A DNA stretch of 64,000 nt from a virus. Taxonomy: Duplodnaviria > Caudoviricetes. The position numbers were made by a program, and so were the translations under genes. Below the pieces are notes generated by a model. The model was given only the letters and a program-made list of their open reading frames with translations, searched no databases and was not told the DNA's origin. This document shows positions 48,164-55,732 of this stretch, piece by piece. The stretch spans positions 771-64,770 of IMG/VR virus record IMGVR_UViG_3300031718_000109; one strand, given 5' to 3'. Each line of letters begins with the position of its first letter. Position 1 is the first letter of the stretch.

Positions 48164-48237
48164 TCAAGCGGGCCGTTTTTGGTTAGGGTCATGCCCAGGA
48201 CCCGTACCAGCAGCATCCAGGAGGCTGCCGCTGGCCG

Positions 48238-48311
48238 TGCGCGCCGGAGGAATTGAACCTCCGACCTGCTGCGTATCAGGCAGCTGCTCTCACCAACTGA
48301 GCTAGACGCGC
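48238..48311 (-). tRNA. tRNA-Ile(GAT)
   Basis: Cloverleaf; loop CT GAT AC. Confidence 0.92.
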
Positions 48312-48426
48312 TGGAGCCGTAGACAGGCCAACCTGCATTTGTCGTCCCAGGCAGCTTGTTTCCACCTGAGAGGCAACCCGCCGTCGCGGACCTTCGCGGT
48401 TTTCAGCCGCACTCTCGACCTACAGC
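48312..48426 (-). ncRNA. CCA-ending tRNA-like RNA
   Basis: GCTGTAG/CTACGGC acceptor-like stem plus TCCA; GCAGG/CCTGT stem; GCGG-CTGAAAA-CCGC arm. Confidence 0.55.
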
Positions 48427-48427
48427 G

Positions 48428-48509
48428 TGGCAGGAGCAGGATTCGAACCTGCGTGGCTTTCGCTCTCGGTTTACAGCCGAGCCCTTTCGACCAACTCGGG
48501 CACCCTGCC
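48428..48509 (-). tRNA. tRNA-Tyr(GTA)
   Basis: Cloverleaf with variable arm; loop CT GTA AA. Confidence 0.92.
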
Positions 48510-48513
48510 ATGC

Positions 48514-48593
48514 GGTAGCTCACCGCTGTTTCATGCACGATCGAATGGGGCGCGGTCCGGAGATCTCCTCCGGCACCATGGCGTTGAGCTACC
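48514..48593 (-). ncRNA. Spacer RNA family, copy 2
   Basis: 9-bp terminal stem; CCGGAG-GAGAT-CTCCGG; CATGAAACAG. Confidence 0.5.
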
Positions 48594-48596
48594 AAT

Positions 48597-48679
48597 GAAG
48601 TGACACAGTGATCGAGCAAGGACCACAGTCGACGCAGCCCCGACCGGAGATCTCCTCCGGCTCCACTCCGTACCACTTC
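48597..48679 (-). ncRNA. Spacer RNA family, copy 3
   Basis: GAAGTG/CACTTC stem; CCGGAG-GAGAT-CTCCGG; GATCACTGTG. Confidence 0.5.
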
Positions 48680-48680
48680 G

Positions 48681-48754
48681 CGGTCCTGACGGGACTTGAA
48701 CCCGCGACCTCCACCTTGACAGGGTGGCGAGCACTCCAACTGCTCTACAAGACC
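48681..48754 (-). tRNA. tRNA-Asp(GTC)
   Basis: Cloverleaf; loop CT GTC AA; G73. Confidence 0.93.
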
Positions 48755-48873
48755 ATGCGTAACCGTTGACACCCCGGAACGTCGTAGAGCTCAGCAGTGC
48801 ACTACCAAGCCACCTTCGGACCAGAGTCACAGCCTTCGCAGACGCACGGGAACCACACGCCTTCGGCTGATCG

Positions 48874-48946
48874 AGCCGTTGACGGGAGTCGAACCCGCTA
48901 CCTCCACGTTGGAAGCGTGGCGCCCTGCCAGTAGGGCCTCAACGGC
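48874..48946 (-). tRNA. tRNA-Gly(TCC)
   Basis: Cloverleaf; loop CT TCC AA; U73; A8. Confidence 0.88.
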
Positions 48947-49028
48947 GTGAACCAGCACAGTGATCAACTCGGCTCCGTTACAAGCCTGTCCGGAGACGTC
49001 CCCCGGCTCTACGCCCGTACTGTTTCGC
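48947..49028 (-). ncRNA. Spacer RNA family, copy 4
   Basis: GTACGG..CCGGGG-GACGT-CTCCGG..TTGATCACTGTG. Confidence 0.45.
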
Positions 49029-49173
49029 TAGCACTAGGGGGACCGAACCCCTAAGCCCGTCGGCTGTCCGCCAGGACGTACCACCCACCGTTCCGCTACG
49101 TCCGCGCACCCTATGCGCAAGAGGTTGGGCGCGCCCAATAAAAACCTCGTAGCTGGGAAGTGACTCCCACTCG

Positions 49174-49246
49174 TGGCGGAGGTAGGACTCGAACCTACGG
49201 CCTCTGGGTTATGAGCCCAGCACGCTACCAACTGCGCTACTCCGCT
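49174..49246 (-). tRNA. Initiator tRNA-fMet(CAT)
   Basis: A1:C72 mismatch; GGG/CCC anticodon stem; loop CT CAT AA. Confidence 0.9.
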
Positions 49247-49331
49247 ACGCCGGTGTCCTGCCGCCTGCCTGGGGCAAGGGCACCGGTCCCGGCCTGGAGG
49301 GGATCTCCGTTCCCTCCCTGCCGTTGCCTCT

Positions 49332-49361
49332 ATATTACGCTACTCACGGGGGTGGGGGCAA
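49332..49361 (-). promoter_or_regulatory. Promoter of the tRNA/ncRNA operon
   Basis: TTGCCC-18-TAATAT; overlaps an inverted TACGCTACTC motif. Confidence 0.6.
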
Positions 49362-49365
49362 ACCC

Positions 49366-49602
49366 CTAACGCGCCCGCTCCACCATCCGCACCGAAGTCA
49401 CGTACTCCGTCTTCACCGCCAACACCGTCCGGTGCCGCCAATCCTTGAAGTACACAAACCTAGCGTCATCCCCCTGCGCGTCATTCCCGGCCTTCCAATA
49501 CAAGGCCTCCACCTTCTCCGCGCGCGGCGTGGCATGCAGCCCCCCCGGCTCCGTGTACGCGATCTCAAAGGTGTGCATGTCCGTGGCGAGCGCCTCAACC
49601 AT
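49366..49602 (-). CDS. Hypothetical protein
   Basis: GAGGA RBS. Confidence 0.55.
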   Translation of the reverse strand: MVEALATDMHTFEIAYTEPGGLHATPRAEKVEALYWKAGNDAQGDDARFVYFKDWRHRTVLAVKTEYVTSVRMVERAR

Positions 49603-49632
49603 GATCAGTCCTCAGTGGTAGATAGTGATGAT

Positions 49633-49902
49633 CTATGCTTCCGGCCACACCGGCTGCTCCCCCGACCAGTCCGGCGGCAGACTGTCCCAGCCGTGCGCAT
49701 CCTTGATTGCCGCCACGAGCATCCCGTACAAGGCGTGCGCAGGAGCCATATGCAGGCCGCTCTGGGCTAGCTGTACGTACCGGGCGCGCTCGGCCTCGTA
49801 AAACGCCCTGTGCGCCTCCATAGACGCCTCCGCAGCGTCCTGTGGCTCAAGGCCCAGAGCTTGCAGCCGCCGGGTACCGCGCACCCGCTCCACCTGACTC
49901 AC
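49633..49902 (-). CDS. Hypothetical protein
   Basis: GTGA coupling; GGAGGAG RBS. Confidence 0.55.
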   Translation of the reverse strand: MSQVERVRGTRRLQALGLEPQDAAEASMEAHRAFYEAERARYVQLAQSGLHMAPAHALYGMLVAAIKDAHGWDSLPPDWSGEQPVWPEA

Positions 49903-50261
49903 GACGGCTCCTCCGGACGCAGCCGACCCAGAGCGCCCTCAACCGCCCAGTAGCCGAACGCATGCACCAAGTCAGCCAACTGCTGATGCAGATCCGGCAG
50001 CGGCATCGTGCCGTCAATCACCCTGTACGGATCAACCACCGCAGGGTTGATCCGGTACTTGCTCATCGCGGCGCCGCTATCCCACGCCTTCACGCAGTAG
50101 TCCGACAACGCGGAAGCCAGCTCACCCAGATCCCCACACATCGGGTACGGCGGATCCAGGCGAACCCGGTAGCGGGTGACCGGGTTGTCCATCTCCACGA
50201 CGTGGGTGGCGTCATCGCTGAGCTTGTACATGGTTGCCGGTACGTAGTCTTCAAGGTTCAT
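49899..50261 (-). CDS. Hypothetical protein
   Basis: GGGAG RBS. Confidence 0.55.
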   Translation of the reverse strand: MNLEDYVPATMYKLSDDATHVVEMDNPVTRYRVRLDPPYPMCGDLGELASALSDYCVKAWDSGAAMSKYRINPAVVDPYRVIDGTMPLPDLHQQLADLVHAFGYWAVEGALGRLRPEEPS

Positions 50262-50328
50262 GTTGGCTCCCTGGTCGGCTTACCCGCCGGTGACGGAGTG
50301 TGCCTTTGCGCTGGTCAGCGGGATGCGC

Positions 50329-50598
50329 CTAATCGTCGATACCGAGTCGCAGAATGTGGTTGATCTCAGTGCGAGTCAGCCGGAACCACTCACCGTGAAT
50401 ACGCCGCGACGCCAGGTCCCGGTGCAGCGAGTGCTCCAGCTCTCGCGTACCAGGAATGGAGCCCACAACGTGCAGCGGGTCAGCACTCCCAATCTGAAGA
50501 GACTTACGCCGCACGCTGGGAGACTCCGAGTAGCCCACCTTGTACTTGTTCGTGTTGCCGGACCGGATGATATAGATCCGGCCTTCGCCTGATGCCAT
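50329..50598 (-). CDS. GIY-YIG nuclease (T5orf172/MUG113-like)
   Basis: IYIIR..KYKVGYS..RRKSLQ..LEHSLH....RIHGEWF. Confidence 0.8.
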   Translation of the reverse strand: MASGEGRIYIIRSGNTNKYKVGYSESPSVRRKSLQIGSADPLHVVGSIPGTRELEHSLHRDLASRRIHGEWFRLTRTEINHILRLGIDD

Positions 50599-50681
50599 GA
50601 TGGCGGTACACACCTTCCAGAGAGGTCGTGTCACGCCCCGGGACGGTGTCAGCCGTCGCCGGGGTCCTTACTGTTCTTGCC

Positions 50682-53159
50682 CTACTGGTCTGGGGTGGCC
50701 CCGCACTTAGGGCACGCCTTGTGATACTCCGGCAGGAACGCATGCCCGCACCCAGGGCACGTATACGCCCCGTACGCCGCCAGCCAGGAACCCTCCGTCA
50801 GGCCGCGCAGCTCCGTCACCGCCCACACCAGCGCGTCCATCCGGTCCGGGGAAACGCCGATGCCGGGGACGAAGCTGCACAGCTGGTCCTCCAGCTCCGG
50901 CAAAGTACCCACGTGATGCATCCGGCCCATCTCATACAGGGAAGACACCGGCTCAGCGCGGATCACCTTGCCCCTAGAGGCGTGCACCGTTTTGTACGGG
51001 ATCTGCGGATCCAACGTCCGCAACGTGTTACCAATGTAGTCGCCGCCGTTATTCACCTCAGCGACAATGCAGTCCGCCTTATGGTTCCGGTACACCCAGA
51101 TAGCCCGGCGCATCACCTCATTAGGCGTACCCCGGAAGCTGTAGTCACCCAGCACATACCCGTGATCCCCACAGTGGCCCACCACGACGATGCCGGACTC
51201 ATCAGACTCATCACCAGAGGTGACCGCAGGGTCAATAGCCACCACAACCCTGGTGAGCTCCGGAACCTGCCCCTGACCCACCCGGCACTGGTCAATCACA
51301 CCCCGGCTCCACAGCGCCCCCTCAATGTCCTCCAGCAGCTCACCCTCAAGCTCCTGACGGCCCAGACGGGAACCCTCATACCGGTGCTTGAGCTCAGCCA
51401 GCGCCGTAGCACTCAGGTTCAGTGCGTTCTCCCACGTGGAGCCACGCGTGACATGCACAGAGCCGTCCCGGCGGCCCACCAGGTCCCGGATCAGCTTCGT
51501 AGGCCTAGGCGTCGTAGTCACCACAATGCGGGGTTTCTCCCCCTTACGCAGCGCAGGGACAAGACCCTCATGCCACGTAGCCTCATACCGCCAGGAGCCG
51601 AGCTCGTCGCAGTTGTGTACTAGTGTCCCATTTGCAACGAATTCGTGGGCGCCCTCAACCTGAAGGTCAAAGACATCAGCCAGCCCAGCGGGCTCGACCC
51701 TCACGACGTCCGTACCGGGTACGGCACAGATCCCCGCAGAATCGCTGACGGCCGTCCTTAGGCTCAAACGGGGTTCCGCAGTACTCACACCCAGGGATGC
51801 CGAGCCGAGCACGGTTACGGGCCCGTTTGGCGGCGTCTCCGGCCCGCTGGCGGCACTGGCCGCCGCAGTAGACGGTACGGCGGTCCGGGGGGATGAATCC
51901 GGTGCCGCACCACTCACACTCCCGCTCAGGCAGCGGGGCGTCTCCGCGTTCCCGGTGATCTGCCCGGAACGCGGCAGCCTTGCACTGCGGGGAGCAGTAC
52001 ATGGCGCGCTGTCCCTTGGACATGAACACGGTGGCGCACACAGTGCAGGTGCGTTCCCGCTCAGGCCGGTCAGCCCAGGAGTCCCGGGCCTTAGCGCTGC
52101 GCTGTTCCTGGTACGCAGGGGCGGCGACGCCACGGGGGTGTTCAAGGTTGTGGAGCCGGATGTGGTCAGCGCGGGTGAGCAGCTGCAAGTTGCCCGGATC
52201 ATTGTTGGTGACGTCGTGATCGACGTGGTGGACAACATGGCCGTCGGGCAGGGGCTGCCCGTGTACGCGTTCCCAGACTGCAACGTGCAGCAGGCAGCCG
52301 GTGCGGTCTGCGTAGTGGCCGGTGCCCCGGCCGCGCTGGTACCAGCGCACACCTTCCCACTCGATCCAACGCGGTGGCCCGAAGACGAAGTCCATGCGCT
52401 TAGTGTATCTCCATAGCGCAGCGCCCGTGCTTCCACCCACCCGTGTTGTTCCGTCCAGATGCGATGGTTCCCCGTCACCCGCACACTCGTCCCCGCAGAA
52501 GTCACCACCCGCAACACCTCAACATCACGTTGAGTCATCTGCGTGGCAGTCACCCGGCGCCAGCCCCTACGCGTCCACACCCAGTCACCGGGACGCACAT
52601 CCTCAATAGGCACGTCCCCCGCGTCCGTGAGCACTAGCTCCCCGCGCGCCACGCACCAGGCTCCCCAAAGGTTCGCCCCGCGCGCACGTTCCGGCTGGTC
52701 AGCGGAGTAACCGTAGATCTTAGAGCCGTTGGCGAGAATGATCTCCAGCTCGTTACGCCGGTAATTGCCCAGCTCACCCTCACCGATAGCAGCGAGGATC
52801 CCCGTGGAACCCTCGATACACACCTTGCGGGTATCCCGGAACGTAGGCGCAAACACAGCCCACTCCGAGCCCGGCAAACGCAACGCCTGACGCACCAACC
52901 ACGTACTGCCGACCAGGGACTTACCGAACCCGCGCCCAGACATCAGCAGCCAGATCACAAACCCGTCATCCACACCCGCACAGCCACACGCGAAACCCTG
53001 CGCATCCGGCAGATGATGCCCCGGATGATCCGGCGGCAACTGCTTAGGGCGGAACGTGTCCGGGAACTTAGCCGCCCTAAGCGCCCCAAGCTGCCGTTGC
53101 AGACTTACATACTCATCCCGCTGCGCCTGCAACGTAGCCAGCTGCTCCCGCAGCATCAT
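50682..53159 (-). CDS. terL: Terminase large subunit containing an intein
   Basis: Walker A SGRGFGKS; Walker B WGAW|CDE split by the intein; TTTPRP; VVAIDPA; PDRMDA. Confidence 0.93.
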   Translation of the reverse strand: MMLREQLATLQAQRDEYVSLQRQLGALRAAKFPDTFRPKQLPPDHPGHHLPDAQGFACGCAGVDDGFVIWLLMSGRGFGKSLVGSTWLVRQALRLPGSEWAVFAPTFRDTRKVCIEGSTGILAAIGEGELGNYRRNELEIILANGSKIYGYSADQPERARGANLWGAWCVARGELVLTDAGDVPIEDVRPGDWVWTRRGWRRVTATQMTQRDVEVLRVVTSAGTSVRVTGNHRIWTEQHGWVEARALRYGDTLSAWTSSSGHRVGSSGKVCAGTSAAGAPATTQTAPAACCTLQSGNAYTGSPCPTAMLSTTSITTSPTMIRATCSCSPALTTSGSTTLNTPVASPPLRTRNSAALRPGTPGLTGLSGNAPALCAPPCSCPRDSAPCTAPRSARLPRSGQITGNAETPRCLSGSVSGAAPDSSPRTAVPSTAAASAASGPETPPNGPVTVLGSASLGVSTAEPRLSLRTAVSDSAGICAVPGTDVVRVEPAGLADVFDLQVEGAHEFVANGTLVHNCDELGSWRYEATWHEGLVPALRKGEKPRIVVTTTPRPTKLIRDLVGRRDGSVHVTRGSTWENALNLSATALAELKHRYEGSRLGRQELEGELLEDIEGALWSRGVIDQCRVGQGQVPELTRVVVAIDPAVTSGDESDESGIVVVGHCGDHGYVLGDYSFRGTPNEVMRRAIWVYRNHKADCIVAEVNNGGDYIGNTLRTLDPQIPYKTVHASRGKVIRAEPVSSLYEMGRMHHVGTLPELEDQLCSFVPGIGVSPDRMDALVWAVTELRGLTEGSWLAAYGAYTCPGCGHAFLPEYHKACPKCGATPDQ
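51612..52655 (-). mobile_element. Intein (348 aa) in TerL Walker B
   Basis: Begins CVARGELV; block B TGNHRIW; ends VFDLQVEGAHEFVANGTLVHN; +1 residue is Cys. Confidence 0.92.
51676..52395 (-). CDS. HNH endonuclease nested out of frame inside the intein
   Basis: LHVAVW..VHHVDHDVTNNDPGNLQLL...H...H plus three CxxC..F...YC/FCxxxC Zn fingers; own ATG and upstream GGAG. Confidence 0.85.
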   Translation of the reverse strand: MDFVFGPPRWIEWEGVRWYQRGRGTGHYADRTGCLLHVAVWERVHGQPLPDGHVVHHVDHDVTNNDPGNLQLLTRADHIRLHNLEHPRGVAAPAYQEQRSAKARDSWADRPERERTCTVCATVFMSKGQRAMYCSPQCKAAAFRADHRERGDAPLPERECEWCGTGFIPPDRRTVYCGGQCRQRAGDAAKRARNRARLGIPGCEYCGTPFEPKDGRQRFCGDLCRTRYGRREGRARWAG

Positions 53160-53649
53160 GAGCCTGCTCGGCGGCGATAGCGGCGGTGAGTTCTGCGATG
53201 GCGGCGTCAAACGCTCCAACCGTCACCACCTCCGCTTTGATGTCCACCTTCATGGCCGCGTCCAGCCCCAGGAGTTTCGCTTTCCGTTCCTGGATGGCCA
53301 GCAGGTCCCGGCGGGCCCGGGAGTTAGGCGCCGTGTCATACACAGGGGTGCCGTCCGGGTTGATAGCGATCTTCCCGGACTGAGTGACGTGCGGGTGCTT
53401 GGTCAGCACGTCCCGCCACGCCAGAGCACGCAGAGCTTCCAGCTCCTCAATCTCCCCGGCGATAACCTCATCCATCGTCGCCCGCAGTCGTGCGGCTGCC
53501 TGCTGGTAGGCGAGGGACGCGTCTTTGCCTGCGACGGCTTCTGAGATGCCGAGTTCTCTGGCGATGTCTGCGTAGCGGGCGCCTCTGGCTTTCATGGCGA
53601 CGACGCGGGCGCGTCGGTCTGCGACTTCTGCTTGTTTGGCTATGTTCAT
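53113..53649 (-). CDS. terS: Terminase small subunit (HTH type)
   Basis: GARYADIARELGIS; RKAKLLGLDA; directly upstream of TerL. Confidence 0.75.
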   Translation of the reverse strand: MNIAKQAEVADRRARVVAMKARGARYADIARELGISEAVAGKDASLAYQQAAARLRATMDEVIAGEIEELEALRALAWRDVLTKHPHVTQSGKIAINPDGTPVYDTAPNSRARRDLLAIQERKAKLLGLDAAMKVDIKAEVVTVGAFDAAIAELTAAIAAEQAHDAAGAAGYVAGAAG

Positions 53650-54155
53650 GGTGGGTCCTTGAAGGGGTTTGCTTGATGCCGTTGCCCGCTGGTGGGGGAA
53701 GGTGACTTCCTGCTGGTCAGCGGGTTTCGTCTCCGGGTTGTTGGTTGGTTTTCAGCATGTACGCGATCAGGCGTAGAGCCTCGTCCGGGGTGAATCCGGC
53801 GGTGACGTACTGCCGGTACATCTCGTGTGTCGCGATGGCTGCTTGGAGGAGGGGGTTCATGTCGTTGATGGCGTCTGGTTCGTTCACGGTGGGTCCTCAG
53901 GTGGCAGCCGTTTGCGGAGTTTGTTCATGAGCTCGTGGATGTCTTGGTCCGTGGTGATGCGGGCGCCGTGCATGTGGAACAGTGCCTGCGTGTCACGTTC
54001 CCGCCGGTGCCTCTGGGTGATCTCACCGAGGAGGGCGAGGATCATCCCGTCATCCCAATCGTCATACCTCGGGTCATCCAACGCGGCGGCGAGGGCTTTG
54101 ACCGCTTGCCGTAGGGTTTTGTTCACCAACGCCCACTGTCCTCCGATCCGGTAGG

Positions 54156-54740
54156 TCACTGACCGGCCGTCACCGTCATGTAGGCCAGCGCCAGCCACGC
54201 GGCGTCCGCCAGAGCGTTGTGGGTGTCTTTGGGTTTGTTCGGCAACGGTGGGTTACCTGCGCGGCGCCACAGTTGCATGAACTCATTCGTATACATCGGT
54301 ATCCCCTGCGGCAGATCAACCATGGGGCCGAACAGTTGAGCCATGGCTACGTGGTCATACGCGCCGAAGTACGCCCACAGCTGCGGGTCCGTGCGGGCGA
54401 GGATGAACTTGCGGACCTCATCCCGGATCACCGACTTGGGGACCACGAGAGCGAAGTCCGGGTGGGCCGTGTCCCACTCCCAGTACTTGACCGGGGTGTG
54501 CGTGCGCCCGGCCCTGTCCATGGTCTGCCGCGTGTGGTCATACGCGACTTTCACCGGGAGGTGCGGTAGGACGTTCTGGCTCAGCCACGGATGCGCCACA
54601 ACCCGGTCGATGGTGTGGTCGTCAGCGGTGATGTAGTACAACTGGCCGGTGTGCGGCGGCAAGCTGACCATCCCGAACGACACTAACTCGACCGTCACCC
54701 CGTCATCGACGAACTCGGTGTCATAGAAGACGTCCGTCAT
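54156..54740 (-). CDS. DEDDh 3'-5' exoribonuclease (Rv2179c/RNase AS-like)
   Basis: VFYDTEF, WAYFGAYDHVAMAQLFGPM.DLP, HNALADA. Confidence 0.85.
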   Translation of the reverse strand: MTDVFYDTEFVDDGVTVELVSFGMVSLPPHTGQLYYITADDHTIDRVVAHPWLSQNVLPHLPVKVAYDHTRQTMDRAGRTHTPVKYWEWDTAHPDFALVVPKSVIRDEVRKFILARTDPQLWAYFGAYDHVAMAQLFGPMVDLPQGIPMYTNEFMQLWRRAGNPPLPNKPKDTHNALADAAWLALAYMTVTAGQ

Positions 54741-55108
54741 CACTGCCCCGTGTACAGGCGCGGGCCTGTCCGGTTCATCAGGTCTTGGCGCAGCTGGTTC
54801 AGTTCACACTCCAGGCGGGCGATCTTCCCCAGCAGCTCCGCCGTCATGGTCTTAGCCACATGCGTCAGGGCCACGTCAGCGGGGAACGGGATCACCACGA
54901 CCTGCCGCCCTAGCCGCGCGGCCAGTACGTCCTGATACTCCCTCGCGTCGTTCGGGCTGAGGGCTTCACCGGTCGGGCGGATAAACAACACATCATCCGG
55001 ATCCAGGGTAACTTTCCCGACCACCGACCACTCGGCCGGTAGCTGCTCCAGCTTGTCCAAGCGCGCAGCCAGCGTCCGCAGTACCCGTTCGGCTTCTTCG
55101 CTCGTCAT
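54740..55108 (-). CDS. Hypothetical protein
   Basis: Translationally coupled ORF. Confidence 0.5.
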   Translation of the reverse strand: MTSEEAERVLRTLAARLDKLEQLPAEWSVVGKVTLDPDDVLFIRPTGEALSPNDAREYQDVLAARLGRQVVVIPFPADVALTHVAKTMTAELLGKIARLECELNQLRQDLMNRTGPRLYTGQ

Positions 55109-55350
55109 TCGTCTTCCCCCGGGAACGGATCGCCCCACTGATCTACAAGATACGTTTGGCCGTGATGGCCGTGGATCGCGAGCACATCCGACAAAGTGCC
55201 GTACACGGCGGTTGACGACGTCTTCGTACGCCACCGCAACGCGCACGAGCCGTCCGAAAACCAGATCCCTTCCGCGACCACGCCTGTACCCGACACGCCG
55301 GTGGCGTCCTGTTCGCGGTACAGGTAGAAAATCCTGGGTTTACCGGTCAT
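55105..55350 (-). CDS. Conserved phage hypothetical protein
   Basis: F.L.R..D.TGVSGTGVVAEG..FSDG...LRW...IHGH.G.T pattern. Confidence 0.7.
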   Translation of the reverse strand: MTGKPRIFYLYREQDATGVSGTGVVAEGIWFSDGSCALRWRTKTSSTAVYGTLSDVLAIHGHHGQTYLVDQWGDPFPGEDE

Positions 55351-55732
55351 GCACATTACACAACGCGGAACCCGGTGCGGCTTGGCGGGGGCAGCGTCCG
55401 TCACCGAACGGTTGCAGACACAAACCCTGGTTGCGGTGCGCTTTCGCCCGGCGGCGTCCGGGGCCGGAAGTGGGGATCAACCGGTCCGCGTTCTGCTGCA
55501 TCAGCCGCAGCTTGCGGCGCTGATTGCTCAGTCGGGCTTCGGCTTTGAACAGTTCCGCGAGCTTGCGGTCACGACGACGGCGCCCGTCAGGGTAGCGTTT
55601 CGGCAGCCAGTCGGCAGGTTCGGTGCTGATCTTCCCGTCCTCAACGGCGGTAACCGTGCGGATCTCGCTGCCGACCTGGATCTGGTCGCCGACGCGGTAA
55701 CGCCCGTCGCTGTAAATCGTCTCCCCCGTCAC
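55340..55732 (-). CDS. Hypothetical protein
   Basis: GTGA coupling; C-terminal C..C..CxxH. Confidence 0.5.
   Translation of the reverse strand: MTGETIYSDGRYRVGDQIQVGSEIRTVTAVEDGKISTEPADWLPKRYPDGRRRRDRKLAELFKAEARLSNQRRKLRLMQQNADRLIPTSGPGRRRAKAHRNQGLCLQPFGDGRCPRQAAPGSALCNVHDR

Noticed and set aside
48204-48237. Possible HDV-like (theta) ribozyme after tRNA-Ile (GGCCAGC...AGCCTCCT)
   Set aside because: It folds more simply as one 9-bp hairpin; P2, P4 and the catalytic C junction were not found by eye.
48312-48426. Possible hammerhead ribozyme (CTGAAAA ... GAAAC)
   Set aside because: The core is CUGAAAA rather than CUGANGA, and I could not build the three helices; a tRNA-like fold fits better.
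46835-48830. ORFs across the tRNA region, such as 46835-47674 and 48302-48772
   Set aside because: They overlap clear tRNA cloverleaves and show no protein features.
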